Of a stretch of 64,000 nucleotides of DNA, positions 9,999-19,700 are shown piece after piece. This DNA is from a virus. Where the stretch lies: positions 124,324 through 188,323 of the IMG/VR virus record IMGVR_UViG_3300046804_003518, one strand, 5' to 3'. Position 1 is the first letter of the stretch. Every line of letters starts with the position of its first letter. Made by a program: the position numbers and the translations under genes. The notes under the pieces are model-generated. The model worked only from the letters and a program-made list of their open reading frames with translations. It was not told the DNA's origin and did not search any database.

Positions 9999-11369
9999 AT
10001 GAAGAAGGTACTATTTGCGCTACTGTTAGCAGTAAGCGCTGTTCAAGCGTATGGCCAAACTACGACCACAACTACATCTACTGTTAACACCACTTCAGAT
10101 GTAAATACGACGTCAAATTCTACATCGACTTCTACGTCGACCAATACCAACACGAATGTTAACACAAATAATAACATTCAGTCAGGTACAGCTACCAATA
10201 TTAATCAGAACACGAATACCTCTACTTCAACTTCTGATAATACAAATACAAACATAAACACAAATACGTCGACTTCTACTTCGACAAATGTGAATACTAA
10301 TGTTAATACCAACAATAATATTAACAGTGGTACAGTAAATTACAACAATAATAACACCTCTACCAGCACTGCAACTAACAACAACAATAATAATTCGGTT
10401 GTTAATAGCACCAATCTAAACACGAATGTTAACACAAATAATAACATTCAATCTGGTACAGTGACAAATAATAACAACAATACAAATAACACAACCAGTG
10501 TGAATACAAACAATAACAATAACAACACTGTTTCTGTTAATACAAATAACAATAACAATGTTAGCACATCCACAAGTACTAATACTAACTTTAACAATAA
10601 CAACACTACTTCAACCAACACAAACAATAACAACAATAACATGTCGGGTGAAGTGACCTATAATAACAATAACAAAAATGATACAAACATTAATTCAACC
10701 AATGTTAATACCAACAATAACAACTCAGTGTCTGTAAACACAAATAACAACAATAACATATCTACAAGCACTAATGTTAATAAAAACGATAGCACTAGCG
10801 TAAATACAAACAATAACAATAATGTAAGCGTAAGCACATCAACAGCTGTAAACAAAAACGAGAATGTAAACAAGTCAGAAAGCACAAGCCAAAGTAACGT
10901 AAAGACTGAGAACACAAATACAAATATTAACCGTAACGAAAACTACACAAAGGTGGAACAGGATATCAAGTCACCACCTGCTAGTGCTATCGCTCCTATG
11001 ATTTCAACATACTCTCAAGATGTTTGTGTATCAGGTGTTTCTGGTGCTGTTCAAACTCAGGTCATTGGTCTATCAGCTGGTAAAGCAGTTCGCGATATGA
11101 ACTGCGAGCGCCTCAAGCTATCCAAGACTCTATACGACATGGGTATGAAGGTTGCTGCTGTATCAATGATGTGTCAAGACGAGCGCGTCTTTAAGGCTAT
11201 GGAAATGGCAGGCACACCTTGCCCATATATGGGTAAGATTGGTAAAGATGCAACTGATCAATGGTCACAAAATAAGCAAGAGCGCCCAGACCACAAGAAG
11301 AAGTGGTGGGAAGTTTGGAAGAAACAAACAACTGAAGACCTACCTGCTGCAAAACCAGCTGGTGAATAA
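9999..11369 (+). CDS. Secreted Asn/Thr-rich low-complexity protein with Cys-containing C-terminal domain
   Basis: Signal peptide; about 300 aa of N/T/S/V repeats; C-terminal PPASAIAP..DVC..GVSGAVQ...NCERLKLSKTL...AAVSMMCQD..VF.AM..AGTPCP. Confidence 0.75.
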   Translation: MKKVLFALLLAVSAVQAYGQTTTTTTSTVNTTSDVNTTSNSTSTSTSTNTNTNVNTNNNIQSGTATNINQNTNTSTSTSDNTNTNINTNTSTSTSTNVNTNVNTNNNINSGTVNYNNNNTSTSTATNNNNNNSVVNSTNLNTNVNTNNNIQSGTVTNNNNNTNNTTSVNTNNNNNNTVSVNTNNNNNVSTSTSTNTNFNNNNTTSTNTNNNNNNMSGEVTYNNNNKNDTNINSTNVNTNNNNSVSVNTNNNNNISTSTNVNKNDSTSVNTNNNNNVSVSTSTAVNKNENVNKSESTSQSNVKTENTNTNINRNENYTKVEQDIKSPPASAIAPMISTYSQDVCVSGVSGAVQTQVIGLSAGKAVRDMNCERLKLSKTLYDMGMKVAAVSMMCQDERVFKAMEMAGTPCPYMGKIGKDATDQWSQNKQERPDHKKKWWEVWKKQTTEDLPAAKPAGE

Positions 11370-13780
11370 TGAAGCGCCTACTTGCTTTATTACTGTTACT
11401 GTCAAGCCCTGCGCTCTATGCGCAGCAGCTAGATTGGACCAATGCTGTTAATGTTCCAAACATTGTTGTAAATCCAACAATGGATAATTGTGCTGCTGGT
11501 CAACCAACATGCGGTGCCTGGAAAGAAGCGGGGTTTCCTCTTGGTGACTGGGTCCCATCGGGTGGTGGAAAATTATACACGTTCAGTTATCTTCAAGGCA
11601 CATTGTATCAAGATATTGATCTTTCCCAATACGAAACAAACCTATTTAATTTTACATTCTCATTTGATTTGAATAATTCTTGTCGTAATTTTATTGGTGG
11701 ATCTTGCTCTAGTATTAATGGTCCTATTGATCCATTTTCTGTAACTCTAAAGTTCTATGATACAAGTGGATTAAATAATTCCTTTACATTTTTAAGTGGT
11801 ACACCGTCTACCGCAAATATTGGTTGTGTTGGTGGTGTTGAAATCCTTGGTTTATGTTTACTTGGACAAGAAGCGCAAAGTGCCTGGCAAAGTTTTGGTT
11901 GGTATAGTCATGTTCAATCAAATAGTTTATTCACGAGCGCAAGATTAGAATTTACTGGCAGAGATGCTGGCTTCTGGGCTGGATTGTATGGTCCAAGTAT
12001 TGATAATCCAATGCTACAAATCAATTATATGCCACCTCCATTACCAACCTCTGGTGGTCTTGCTGGTATGAATGTCAGTGCTCCTGGTAGTGATTACATT
12101 TTCATCTATAAGGGAAATGATCCTATATTGTTTAGCCAGCTTGCTATAAAGGGTGAAGATCTTGTTGGTTGGACTGCAGTGAGTTCTAGTGGCGAAGCAT
12201 TAAAAATTACTTCTATTGAAAGACCAGATTCAGATTATCTATTCCTTTATACAGAGGGCATTCCAACTTCTGGAAGATATTATAGTTTTCAGGAAGCAGC
12301 ACCAATCACTACTGTTGACTGTGCTCTTTCTCCATATGACCCATCGTGTGTTATCGATACTCTAGGTATTGATGATGGTACTATTGATTACACAGACCCA
12401 CAGCAAGTTTTAGCAGCATCAGAAACCACATCTGAGATGACCACTGGTTCTGACGATGGATCCGACGATGGTTCATCAGATGGTACTGAAGTTGTTGCTG
12501 AAGAAGAAGAAACTGTAGTTGCTGATAATACGGCAACTGAGGATACAACCTCTGATGATTCAACAGATGAAGAACAAAGTGATGAAGAAGAAAAGGTTGT
12601 AGTAGCAGAAACAGCTACAACTACGACCACTCTTGAGTCAACAGCTGTGGCAGCATACCGTGAATTAAGCGACGAAGAAAAAGCAGCTATTCTAGCTGAC
12701 GCAATATCTAAAAATGTTCTAGAGGGTGCTTTGTCAATTGCAGCAGAAGCAACAAGTGCAGCATCAAATGCGGGTGGCAGTGTAGCAACAACTTCAGATA
12801 CTACATCTACTAGAACAACCACTAATACATCTACGTCCGACATTATAGCAATTGCTCAAGACAATTCACAAGGACCAACAAATAATGAAGAAGCAAAACA
12901 GGAAGGGTCTGATTCTTCATCAAATGGTTTAGATGTCCTTGAAACAGGGCGCCAGATAGGTATTAATGCTTTAACTACAATACTTGCCGATAGTGCAACA
13001 TCTGCAAGCGATTCAATGACTCAGGCAGAATCAATTGCAGCAACCTCATCCGAATCTTCATTCGTATCTAATGATGTCACCCAGTTAAGAACAGATACTG
13101 TTATTGCAGATATTAATATTGAAGTTGATACATCAATAGTAAATATTGATACATCAGGTGCAATAGAAGATACAACTGCTGCAGTAACTCTTGCTGCTAC
13201 AAATAACACTGTTGAGGATTCCACTCAAGCTGATACATTTGCAGATATTATGCAACTTGATATTAAGCCAGATACAGGTGAAGTTAAGGATAAGGACCTA
13301 GAGTTTGTACAACAAATTGTTGCTGCATCACAAGAACAAAAACAAGATGAAGTAAATAATACTGGCTTCTCAGAAGATGAGAAAGTTACTATTAATTTTG
13401 ACCCAGCTCTGGCTAATGCATTTAACGTTGCACCAAATATTACTAACCTAGAAGTAGCTGGTGTATTAAATAATAAGCAGGAAGAAAAGTCGGATGCTGA
13501 AAAGGCAGCAGATAAAGTCGTAGCGGCAAACAAAGAACAACAAGAAGAAATCAACAAAAATTATATGGATGCAGATCAATCAGGCATCGTAGCTGCAATT
13601 GGTGCAGATACAGATGTTACATCATACCGTACTGCAATGATACGTGACAACAACGTTTGGTATAAGCCAGAAGATATTTACAAGAATGTTATCTATAAAG
13701 ATAATGTTCGTGGAGCATACTTCTTAGAAAAAGGAAACACAGACACTTATAAAAAGATGGTCGAGGAGCAATACAAATGA
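11369..13780 (+). CDS. Large secreted/exported protein with acidic S/T/D/E-rich C-terminal half
   Basis: Signal peptide; Cys/Trp-containing N-terminal domain (FTGRDAGFWAGLYGP); TAATG coupling to upstream gene. Confidence 0.7.
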   Translation: MKRLLALLLLLSSPALYAQQLDWTNAVNVPNIVVNPTMDNCAAGQPTCGAWKEAGFPLGDWVPSGGGKLYTFSYLQGTLYQDIDLSQYETNLFNFTFSFDLNNSCRNFIGGSCSSINGPIDPFSVTLKFYDTSGLNNSFTFLSGTPSTANIGCVGGVEILGLCLLGQEAQSAWQSFGWYSHVQSNSLFTSARLEFTGRDAGFWAGLYGPSIDNPMLQINYMPPPLPTSGGLAGMNVSAPGSDYIFIYKGNDPILFSQLAIKGEDLVGWTAVSSSGEALKITSIERPDSDYLFLYTEGIPTSGRYYSFQEAAPITTVDCALSPYDPSCVIDTLGIDDGTIDYTDPQQVLAASETTSEMTTGSDDGSDDGSSDGTEVVAEEEETVVADNTATEDTTSDDSTDEEQSDEEEKVVVAETATTTTTLESTAVAAYRELSDEEKAAILADAISKNVLEGALSIAAEATSAASNAGGSVATTSDTTSTRTTTNTSTSDIIAIAQDNSQGPTNNEEAKQEGSDSSSNGLDVLETGRQIGINALTTILADSATSASDSMTQAESIAATSSESSFVSNDVTQLRTDTVIADINIEVDTSIVNIDTSGAIEDTTAAVTLAATNNTVEDSTQADTFADIMQLDIKPDTGEVKDKDLEFVQQIVAASQEQKQDEVNNTGFSEDEKVTINFDPALANAFNVAPNITNLEVAGVLNNKQEEKSDAEKAADKVVAANKEQQEEINKNYMDADQSGIVAAIGADTDVTSYRTAMIRDNNVWYKPEDIYKNVIYKDNVRGAYFLEKGNTDTYKKMVEEQYK

Positions 13781-14331
13781 GTACAGATGTAGATAAGAAA
13801 GTAGAAGATTTAGAAGCTGCTAAAGAGCAGTATATGAGCGAGAATACTGTTATTAGTATTGGTGGTTATAGCTTTACACCAGCCAAACTAATGATTGCTG
13901 CTGGTATTGTTTCTTCAATATTGGGTGGTCTTTATGGTGCATTTGAAATCTATAAAGATTATATGGATATGAAAAAGCAAATCCAAGAATATGTTGCACC
14001 AGATTTATCAGCAATTAATGAACGCATTAGCAAGATTGAAGAACGTATGGAAAAGGTTCAGGCTCTAGCTGGCGAATCTAATGATATGATCCGTGATGTT
14101 AGATCGGATCTGAAGGGCGACATTGATGCACTACAGGGCGATGTTGATGCCGGGGAAAAGCGTAACCGTGAGCTAGATAAGGATGTGCGTGGATTTGTTA
14201 ATGTTACAGACCGCGATATGTCAGCAAGACTACGTCAGATTGAACGTGAAACTGACCAAAAGTTAAAAGAGCTAGAAAAGAAGGTTGACGAGAAGATTCA
14301 GAAGGCTTGGGAAAATCCGTTGGCTAAATAA
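13777..14331 (+). CDS. Membrane-anchored coiled-coil protein
   Basis: One TM (LMIAAGIVSSILGGLYGAF) then heptad-rich region, ends NPLAK. Confidence 0.7.
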   Translation: MSTDVDKKVEDLEAAKEQYMSENTVISIGGYSFTPAKLMIAAGIVSSILGGLYGAFEIYKDYMDMKKQIQEYVAPDLSAINERISKIEERMEKVQALAGESNDMIRDVRSDLKGDIDALQGDVDAGEKRNRELDKDVRGFVNVTDRDMSARLRQIERETDQKLKELEKKVDEKIQKAWENPLAK

Positions 14332-14507
14332 TGATGGAGACGTTAGTTTTACCGCTTTCTGATAAGCGATTTGTTGTTTCTAATAAGAATAAAATCATAT
14401 TGGTAACTTACAATCGTCGCAGCGCAGAAATGTTGAACAATTTAATAACTAAAAATGACTATCCAGGATCATATGTTCTTGCAGTCGAAAAACCATCGAA
14501 GATGTGA
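14331..14507 (+). CDS. Small hypothetical protein (58 aa)
   Basis: TAATG-coupled ORF MMETLVLPLSDKRF...KPSKM not in the provided track. Confidence 0.4.
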   Translation: MMETLVLPLSDKRFVVSNKNKIILVTYNRRSAEMLNNLITKNDYPGSYVLAVEKPSKM

Positions 14508-14630
14508 CCGTTGTCTTTTAGTTAGGAAATCAAGTAAAATAACAGATGGAATTTATTATACCTTTCTGATAGTGTTGCCGGCGTTTGTTATTATTCATAC
14601 TATTATAATAAGTCTATAAGGAGACGAAGT

Positions 14631-14855
14631 ATGGGTATCCTAGCAAACTTAAAGTCAATGGTAGCAGATGGTGTAGATGGATCAATCTCATCAAAGAGAG
14701 TAATTACATGCATGGCAACATTCCTAGTAGCTCTAGCATTCGTGCTAAATCTATTTTGGGATCTAGATGTTGATCAAAACATGTATGACTCAATGATGAT
14801 GATTGTAATAGCAGGTCTTGGTACAACTGTAGCAGAAAAGTTTGCCAAGAAATAA
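14631..14855 (+). CDS. Small membrane protein (2 TM), holin-like candidate
   Basis: SSKRVIT followed by two TM helices; SD AAGGAG. Confidence 0.6.
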   Translation: MGILANLKSMVADGVDGSISSKRVITCMATFLVALAFVLNLFWDLDVDQNMYDSMMMIVIAGLGTTVAEKFAKK

Positions 14856-14879
14856 TTTTCAACTAACGGAGTATATTAA

Positions 14880-15062
14880 ATGAAGAAGTTTATTGCATTA
14901 TCTGTTCTAGCCCTAGCCCTAACTGGTTGCGCCGCCAAGGAAGAGGCAGCACCAGCCGCCGAAGCAGCCCCAGCCGCTGAGGCTCCAGCTGCCGAAGCAG
15001 CCCCAGCAGCAGATGCAGCTGCTCCAGCCGAGGCACCAGCCGAAGCACCAGCAGCACAGTAA
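14880..15062 (+). CDS. Small Ala/Pro/Glu-rich lipoprotein
   Basis: Lipobox LTG-C; AEAAPAA repeats. Confidence 0.7.
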   Translation: MKKFIALSVLALALTGCAAKEEAAPAAEAAPAAEAPAAEAAPAADAAAPAEAPAEAPAAQ

Positions 15063-15074
15063 TAAAACTGTGAA

Positions 15075-15105
15075 TGGGGCGAGGGTAACCTCGCCCCAAC
15101 TTTTT
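15075..15105 (+). terminator. Rho-independent terminator
   Basis: TGGGGCGAGG-GTAA-CCTCGCCCCA 10-bp stem followed by TTTTT. Confidence 0.85.
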
Positions 15106-15115
15106 GAGGTGACCT

Positions 15116-15532
15116 ATGAAAAAGATTTTATTTCTCTTAGCAGTAATCCCAACAACAGCTCTAGCCAATCCATATGATTGGAAAGTAACAAGAGTCCTTG
15201 ATGGGGATACAGTAGAATTTGAAGCCAAGTTCCTTCCAGCTGAACTTGGTGATAAGTTAAAGATCAGAGTACTTGGTGTTGATACACCAGAGAAGGCTCC
15301 AAGAGCCAAGTGTGATAAAGAAGCAGCAGCAGGATTAGCTGCAACAGAATTTACAAAGAAAGCTGTCAACGAAGCCAAAAAAGTTCAGATTGAAATTAAA
15401 GAATGGGATAAGTTTGGTGGCCGAGTTTTAGGTGATGTAATCATTGATGGCAAAAAGCTAAGTGAAGAATTAATCAAAAAGAACTTGGCAAGACCATACT
15501 TTGGGGAAGCTAAGAAATCGTGGTGTGAATGA
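15116..15532 (+). CDS. Thermonuclease (SNase-like) with signal peptide
   Basis: VTRVLDGDTV, IRVLGVDTPE, DKFGGRVLGDV. Confidence 0.9.
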   Translation: MKKILFLLAVIPTTALANPYDWKVTRVLDGDTVEFEAKFLPAELGDKLKIRVLGVDTPEKAPRAKCDKEAAAGLAATEFTKKAVNEAKKVQIEIKEWDKFGGRVLGDVIIDGKKLSEELIKKNLARPYFGEAKKSWCE

Positions 15533-15540
15533 GGTAACTT

Positions 15541-16098
15541 ATGTTAAGTATTATACCATTGCCATATAGAATTTTATTGTTTGCTATGATTGTTGGCGGC
15601 GCATTTGCTGCTGGCTTCAAGAAGGGTGGTGAGCATGGGGAACAAGAACTTGCTCGAGCATCAACAGAGGCTGAAAATCTTCGCCACCAATTAGAACTAG
15701 AACAACAGAGAATTCGAGAAGTAGTCAAGGTAGAATACGTTGACAGAATTACTAAGATTAAAGAAAAAGAAACTAAGATTGTTGAAGCAGCGGCTCAAAC
15801 AGTTCCTGGACAGTATGATATGTCTAACGGTTGGGTACACGCACACAACGCTGCAGCTTCTCCTAAGATTGATCTCGATTTAAACCTAGCCGCAGATGGT
15901 ACGAGCTCATTTGTTAAAGATAATGTTGCATTGCAAACAGTCGTAGAGAATTACTCAATCTGTTTACAAAATGCTCAGCAGCTAACTTCTCTTCAAAAGT
16001 ATTTGATTGAAGTTAATAAAAAGATTGATGAAGAAAACAAGAATCGTGGTATTGATATTAAACTACCTGACTTGCCTTGGAAAAAGAAAGAGGGCTAA
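15541..16098 (+). CDS. i-spanin (Rz)-like membrane-anchored coiled-coil protein
   Basis: N-terminal TM, coiled coil, VVENYSIC..NAQQL..LQ, followed by a Pro-rich lipoprotein. Confidence 0.55.
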   Translation: MLSIIPLPYRILLFAMIVGGAFAAGFKKGGEHGEQELARASTEAENLRHQLELEQQRIREVVKVEYVDRITKIKEKETKIVEAAAQTVPGQYDMSNGWVHAHNAAASPKIDLDLNLAADGTSSFVKDNVALQTVVENYSICLQNAQQLTSLQKYLIEVNKKIDEENKNRGIDIKLPDLPWKKKEG

Positions 16099-16100
16099 TT

Positions 16101-16328
16101 ATGAAACACCTTCTAGTAATTGTTATTGCTCTAATGCTTGGTGGCTGCGGTAAAGGTCTAACAAGATTAATGCCTAAGGTAGAAAAGATTAGTTTACCAG
16201 AAGAGTTAATGAAACCACCTCAGGATTTGAAAATAATTGTCAAGCCTGATCCGCCTCCTATTAATGATGATAAGAATGCAAGCAACCCACAAGCGGAGAT
16301 AGCAAGAGATGTCATCACACCTAAATGA
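16101..16328 (+). CDS. o-spanin (Rz1)-like lipoprotein
   Basis: Lipobox LGG-C, Pro-rich (LPEELMKPP..PDPPP); start moved to ATG 16101. Confidence 0.55.
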   Translation: MKHLLVIVIALMLGGCGKGLTRLMPKVEKISLPEELMKPPQDLKIIVKPDPPPINDDKNASNPQAEIARDVITPK

Positions 16329-16599
16329 AACCGGAATGGGATACTTTAGCCACCTAGCAAGAGCTTGGAAGTGGGCGTTTATGCTTATAGTCCACGGATT
16401 GTTTCCAAATATTTGGAAGACAAAGGTAAGCGATCAAATATGTGTCAACAGAGAAGTTGATAGTGCCACTCGCAGGTATCTTTTAAAAACAATGTGGAAT
16501 ATTAAAGAGAGAGATCCCGACAATAAGCCAAGTGTATTTTCAAGATTAACAGATAGTGAGGTTGTCGCAAGACGTCTATATTATAGTTCTGATAAATAA
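16309..16599 (+). CDS. Hypothetical protein
   Basis: HL.ETGMGYFSHL..AW.....LIVHGLFP motif recurrent in phage/proteobacterial small proteins. Confidence 0.55.
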   Translation: MSSHLNETGMGYFSHLARAWKWAFMLIVHGLFPNIWKTKVSDQICVNREVDSATRRYLLKTMWNIKERDPDNKPSVFSRLTDSEVVARRLYYSSDK

Positions 16600-16626
16600 C
16601 CTTGCATTAACTGTTAGGAGACTTTC

Positions 16627-16971
16627 ATGGTTGATTTTGAGGCTCGACTTTCCAGAATAGAAACAGATGTGGCAGCCATGAAAGAGAAGGTTAGCTTCTT
16701 CTCTGTCATCTACGAAAAATTTGATAGAACCCTAGACAAACTTGACGAACGTCAGGTTGAAGACCGTAAAGAAATTAATTTAATGATGGACCAGCTTCAA
16801 TCCACTATCATGCAAGAGATTAAAGCACTCAGAGATGATATGGCCAAGCAGCATATTGTCGAAAGACAAAAAATTGAGGACTTAAATAAATGGCGTTGGA
16901 TCGTAGTTGGAGCCGCAGCGCTCGTCGCCTGGGTAGTATCGACGTTTTCCAAAACTATGTTTGGAAAGTGA
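16627..16971 (+). CDS. Coiled-coil protein with C-terminal TM (XhlA-like)
   Basis: Heptad region then KWRWIVVGAAALVAWVV; SD AGGAG. Confidence 0.65.
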   Translation: MVDFEARLSRIETDVAAMKEKVSFFSVIYEKFDRTLDKLDERQVEDRKEINLMMDQLQSTIMQEIKALRDDMAKQHIVERQKIEDLNKWRWIVVGAAALVAWVVSTFSKTMFGK

Positions 16972-17156
16972 GACCAGTTGAATCAACCAGTGATGCCAGT
17001 TGGCAAGTATATCAGGATGACATAAAAAGAAGATTACAGCAGACTAGGAATAACAATGTTCCTGATAATAGTTTGTTGGCCACATCCCCAGAAGAAATCA
17101 AACGTCAGATTGAACAATTTAGAGAACAACAGGAACGAATCCATATAGTTGTATAA
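16968..17156 (+). CDS. Small hypothetical protein
   Basis: GTGA overlap with the upstream stop; in frame with track ORF 16890. Confidence 0.4.
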   Translation: MRPVESTSDASWQVYQDDIKRRLQQTRNNNVPDNSLLATSPEEIKRQIEQFREQQERIHIVV

Positions 17157-17164
17157 GTTATATT

Positions 17165-17905
17165 ATGGATGAACAATATATTAATAAGTATGATCAATTT
17201 AGTTTTAGTAATGAAGTTATATTCATGAATGATGGATATGTTCAGCTAGATCAAAAATTCTTACCAATAAACATCACCCCCTTTAAGCTAAATTCCAAAA
17301 ACAAACTTTTTGCATATCAAGCTCACCTATATTATAAAGCCCTAAAAGAAGGTGACTGCTTCACAGGAACATATCTAGATCTCAGTTGTGGCCGTGGTGG
17401 CGGTGTGGATCTAGCAAGAGATAATTTTTCTTTCAGTAGAGTTATTGGTGTTGACCCAAATCAAAAACAAATAGAGTTTTGTAAGAGCTGGTGTAGGGAT
17501 ATTGAGTTCTATGTTGGTAGTGCAATAGATATACCAATTGAAGATAACAGTATTAATGTTATTACATCTATTGAAGCCAGTGGATACTATGTTCCTCGAG
17601 AAACCTTTTTAAAGGAATGTTGTAGAATTCTAAAGGTAGGAGGCAAACTGATAGTTGCGGGACGAAAGAGTCCCTCAGAAAAGGTCAAGGTCCCCGAATC
17701 AATTAATAGCATGATGAAACTTACAAAGATTGTTGACATTACAAATAATGTAAATATATCATGTGCAATCCTCAAATATGCTTTACCCTTAAATTTAAAG
17801 GATAGTGATTCAAAGCTTCAGACAAAGTCAGTGTTATTTAACGATGAAAGAAAGTATATTAGTGGTCAAGAAAAGTATTTAATATCTGTATACGAAAGGT
17901 TATGA
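17165..17905 (+). CDS. Class I SAM-dependent methyltransferase
   Basis: YLDLSCGRGGG, VIGVDPN, GSAIDIPIEDNSINVITSIEA, RILKVGG. Confidence 0.88.
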   Translation: MDEQYINKYDQFSFSNEVIFMNDGYVQLDQKFLPINITPFKLNSKNKLFAYQAHLYYKALKEGDCFTGTYLDLSCGRGGGVDLARDNFSFSRVIGVDPNQKQIEFCKSWCRDIEFYVGSAIDIPIEDNSINVITSIEASGYYVPRETFLKECCRILKVGGKLIVAGRKSPSEKVKVPESINSMMKLTKIVDITNNVNISCAILKYALPLNLKDSDSKLQTKSVLFNDERKYISGQEKYLISVYERL

Positions 17906-18093
17906 GATTCAAGCAATTCCTAGAAAACTTTATGGACGGTCGTAACCCTCAAGATAGGGGTGATATGGCTCGCCACGGTTTGAAAGGCAAATCAATTACT
18001 CAGTTAAGAAAGATAAGATCATCTAGTACTGCCTCACCTAGAAAGAAGCAGCTTGCACATTGGTTTATTAATATGCATAGTAAAAGAAAATGA
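17902..18093 (+). CDS. Small basic hypothetical protein with capsid-targeting-like N-terminus
   Basis: MRFKQFLEN start; ARHGLK...KKQLAHWFINM. Confidence 0.55.
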   Translation: MRFKQFLENFMDGRNPQDRGDMARHGLKGKSITQLRKIRSSSTASPRKKQLAHWFINMHSKRK

Positions 18094-18596
18094 ATAAACA
18101 ATTAGTCCTTGAACCAATGCCAGTTAAGTCTCTTGCTCCTGTAATGAGTAAGGCAACAATAGACTATCACCATGGGACATTAGCTAAAGGCTATGTTGAC
18201 CGTTTCAACAAAGGTGAAGGTGACCCAATCTTCAATAAGGCTGGCGCCTTCCTCCACAACATCTACTTCCCACAGTTCACATATCCATCGCAGACGAATA
18301 AACCATTTGGTAAGAGTCTACAAGTTATTCAAGATAAGTTTGGTTCCTATGCTGAATTCAAACGTGACCTAAAAGATGTAGCAATGAAGATCCAGGGGTC
18401 TGGTTGGGTATATCTTTCGTTGAATGGTGAGATTAAAACTATTCCTAACCACCAAGAACGAAAGGATATTGCTCTACTAATTGATTGGTGGGAACATGCT
18501 TGGGCTTTAGACTATCAAGCAGATAAAGCCAAGTATCTAGAAAACATCTGGTCTATCATTAACTGGCAAGTAATCAACGATAGATTGAACAGTTGA
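18090..18596 (+). CDS. sod: Fe/Mn superoxide dismutase (compact form)
   Basis: LAPVMSKATIDYHHG, LHNIYF, QGSGWVYL, DWWEHAWALDY motifs. Confidence 0.9.
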   Translation: MNKQLVLEPMPVKSLAPVMSKATIDYHHGTLAKGYVDRFNKGEGDPIFNKAGAFLHNIYFPQFTYPSQTNKPFGKSLQVIQDKFGSYAEFKRDLKDVAMKIQGSGWVYLSLNGEIKTIPNHQERKDIALLIDWWEHAWALDYQADKAKYLENIWSIINWQVINDRLNS

Positions 18597-18621
18597 CATT
18601 TTAACGCCCTCTCTGTATAAT
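18593..18621 (+). promoter_or_regulatory. Sigma70 promoter upstream of primase
   Basis: TTGACA-17 nt-TATAAT (perfect consensus). Confidence 0.9.
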
Positions 18622-18653
18622 CAGCGTGTCGCCATTCTGATTAGGGTTATAGT

Positions 18654-19700
18654 ATGCTCTGGATTGATATTAAGTACGCTAACCTTGCCTCCAGCAAGTT
18701 CCCCCGTTATAAGGTAAAAAAGCAGAAGCCGTTCCAAGCTAACTTCCGCTGCGTGTACTGCGGCGACTCTAAGAACAATAAATACAAGACCAGAGGTTAC
18801 CTCTTAGAGAACACTAAGGGGTATGTGGTGTATCATTGCCACAACTGTGGTGTGTCTACGAGCTTCGACAGTGCTCTAAAATTTGTCGATCCAGTTCTAC
18901 ATAAGGAATATGTTCTCGAGAAGTATAAGGAGAGAGCAACGCAAGTCGTTACCTCCACAGTTTCTGCGAACGTATTTCAGCCCGATATGTCTAAGTTTGC
19001 TAAGAGGAGATTTGAAAAGTTTGAACCATTGAAAGAGCTAAAGAAGGTCTCCCAGCTACAACCAGATCATATAGCAAAGAAGTATGTGGTCAGTAGACAG
19101 ATCCCTTCTAATAAGCACTATATGCTTTACTACTGCCCTAAGTTCAAAGAGTTTACCAATAAGTTGATTCCTGGTAAGTTTGAGAACACAGACCATGATA
19201 GTGGTAGGCTTTTGATTCCACTGATTGACCGTGAAGGTACAATGTTTGGGTATCAGGGTAGAGCTCTCTCAAATGATAAGATTAGATACATAACCATCGT
19301 TTTGGATGAAACAAAGCCAAGAGTGTTTGGATTAGACACACTTGATATAAACCAAGATGTGATTGTTGTAGAAGGTCCTATCGATTCATTATTCTTACCT
19401 AATGCTATTGCCATGGCTGGTGGTGACAATGGAGATGTTGAGAAGTTAGGACTAGATAGTAAACTTATTTTCTGCTTTGATAATGAACCACGTAACGTGG
19501 ACACTGTCAAGCGTATGAAGAAGATGATAGATAAAGGATATAGAGTAACTTTTTGGCCAAGCCACATACAACAGAAGGATGTTAATGATATGGTCCTAAA
19601 TGGGTTGAGCCAAGAAGAGATTTCAGGTATAGTATACAGAAATGCAAAGAAGGGCATAGAAGCTCTTCTAGAATTACAAAAATGGAAGAAAGTGCAATGA
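18654..19700 (+). CDS. 61: DNA primase (T4 gp61-like)
   Basis: Zn finger NFRCVYCGDS...YHCHNCG; YQGRAL; TOPRIM VVEGPIDSLF; FDNEPRN; KDVNDM. Confidence 0.95.
   Translation: MLWIDIKYANLASSKFPRYKVKKQKPFQANFRCVYCGDSKNNKYKTRGYLLENTKGYVVYHCHNCGVSTSFDSALKFVDPVLHKEYVLEKYKERATQVVTSTVSANVFQPDMSKFAKRRFEKFEPLKELKKVSQLQPDHIAKKYVVSRQIPSNKHYMLYYCPKFKEFTNKLIPGKFENTDHDSGRLLIPLIDREGTMFGYQGRALSNDKIRYITIVLDETKPRVFGLDTLDINQDVIVVEGPIDSLFLPNAIAMAGGDNGDVEKLGLDSKLIFCFDNEPRNVDTVKRMKKMIDKGYRVTFWPSHIQQKDVNDMVLNGLSQEEISGIVYRNAKKGIEALLELQKWKKVQ

Noticed and set aside
10448-13557. Minus-strand hydrophobic ORFs (LLLLFV-rich, etc.)
   Set aside because: Mirror translations of the Asn/Thr and Ser/Thr/Glu low-complexity + strand genes.
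14473-14619. 48-aa TM ORF overlapping the 14331 ORF
   Set aside because: No SD and overlaps another small ORF; cannot tell which is real.
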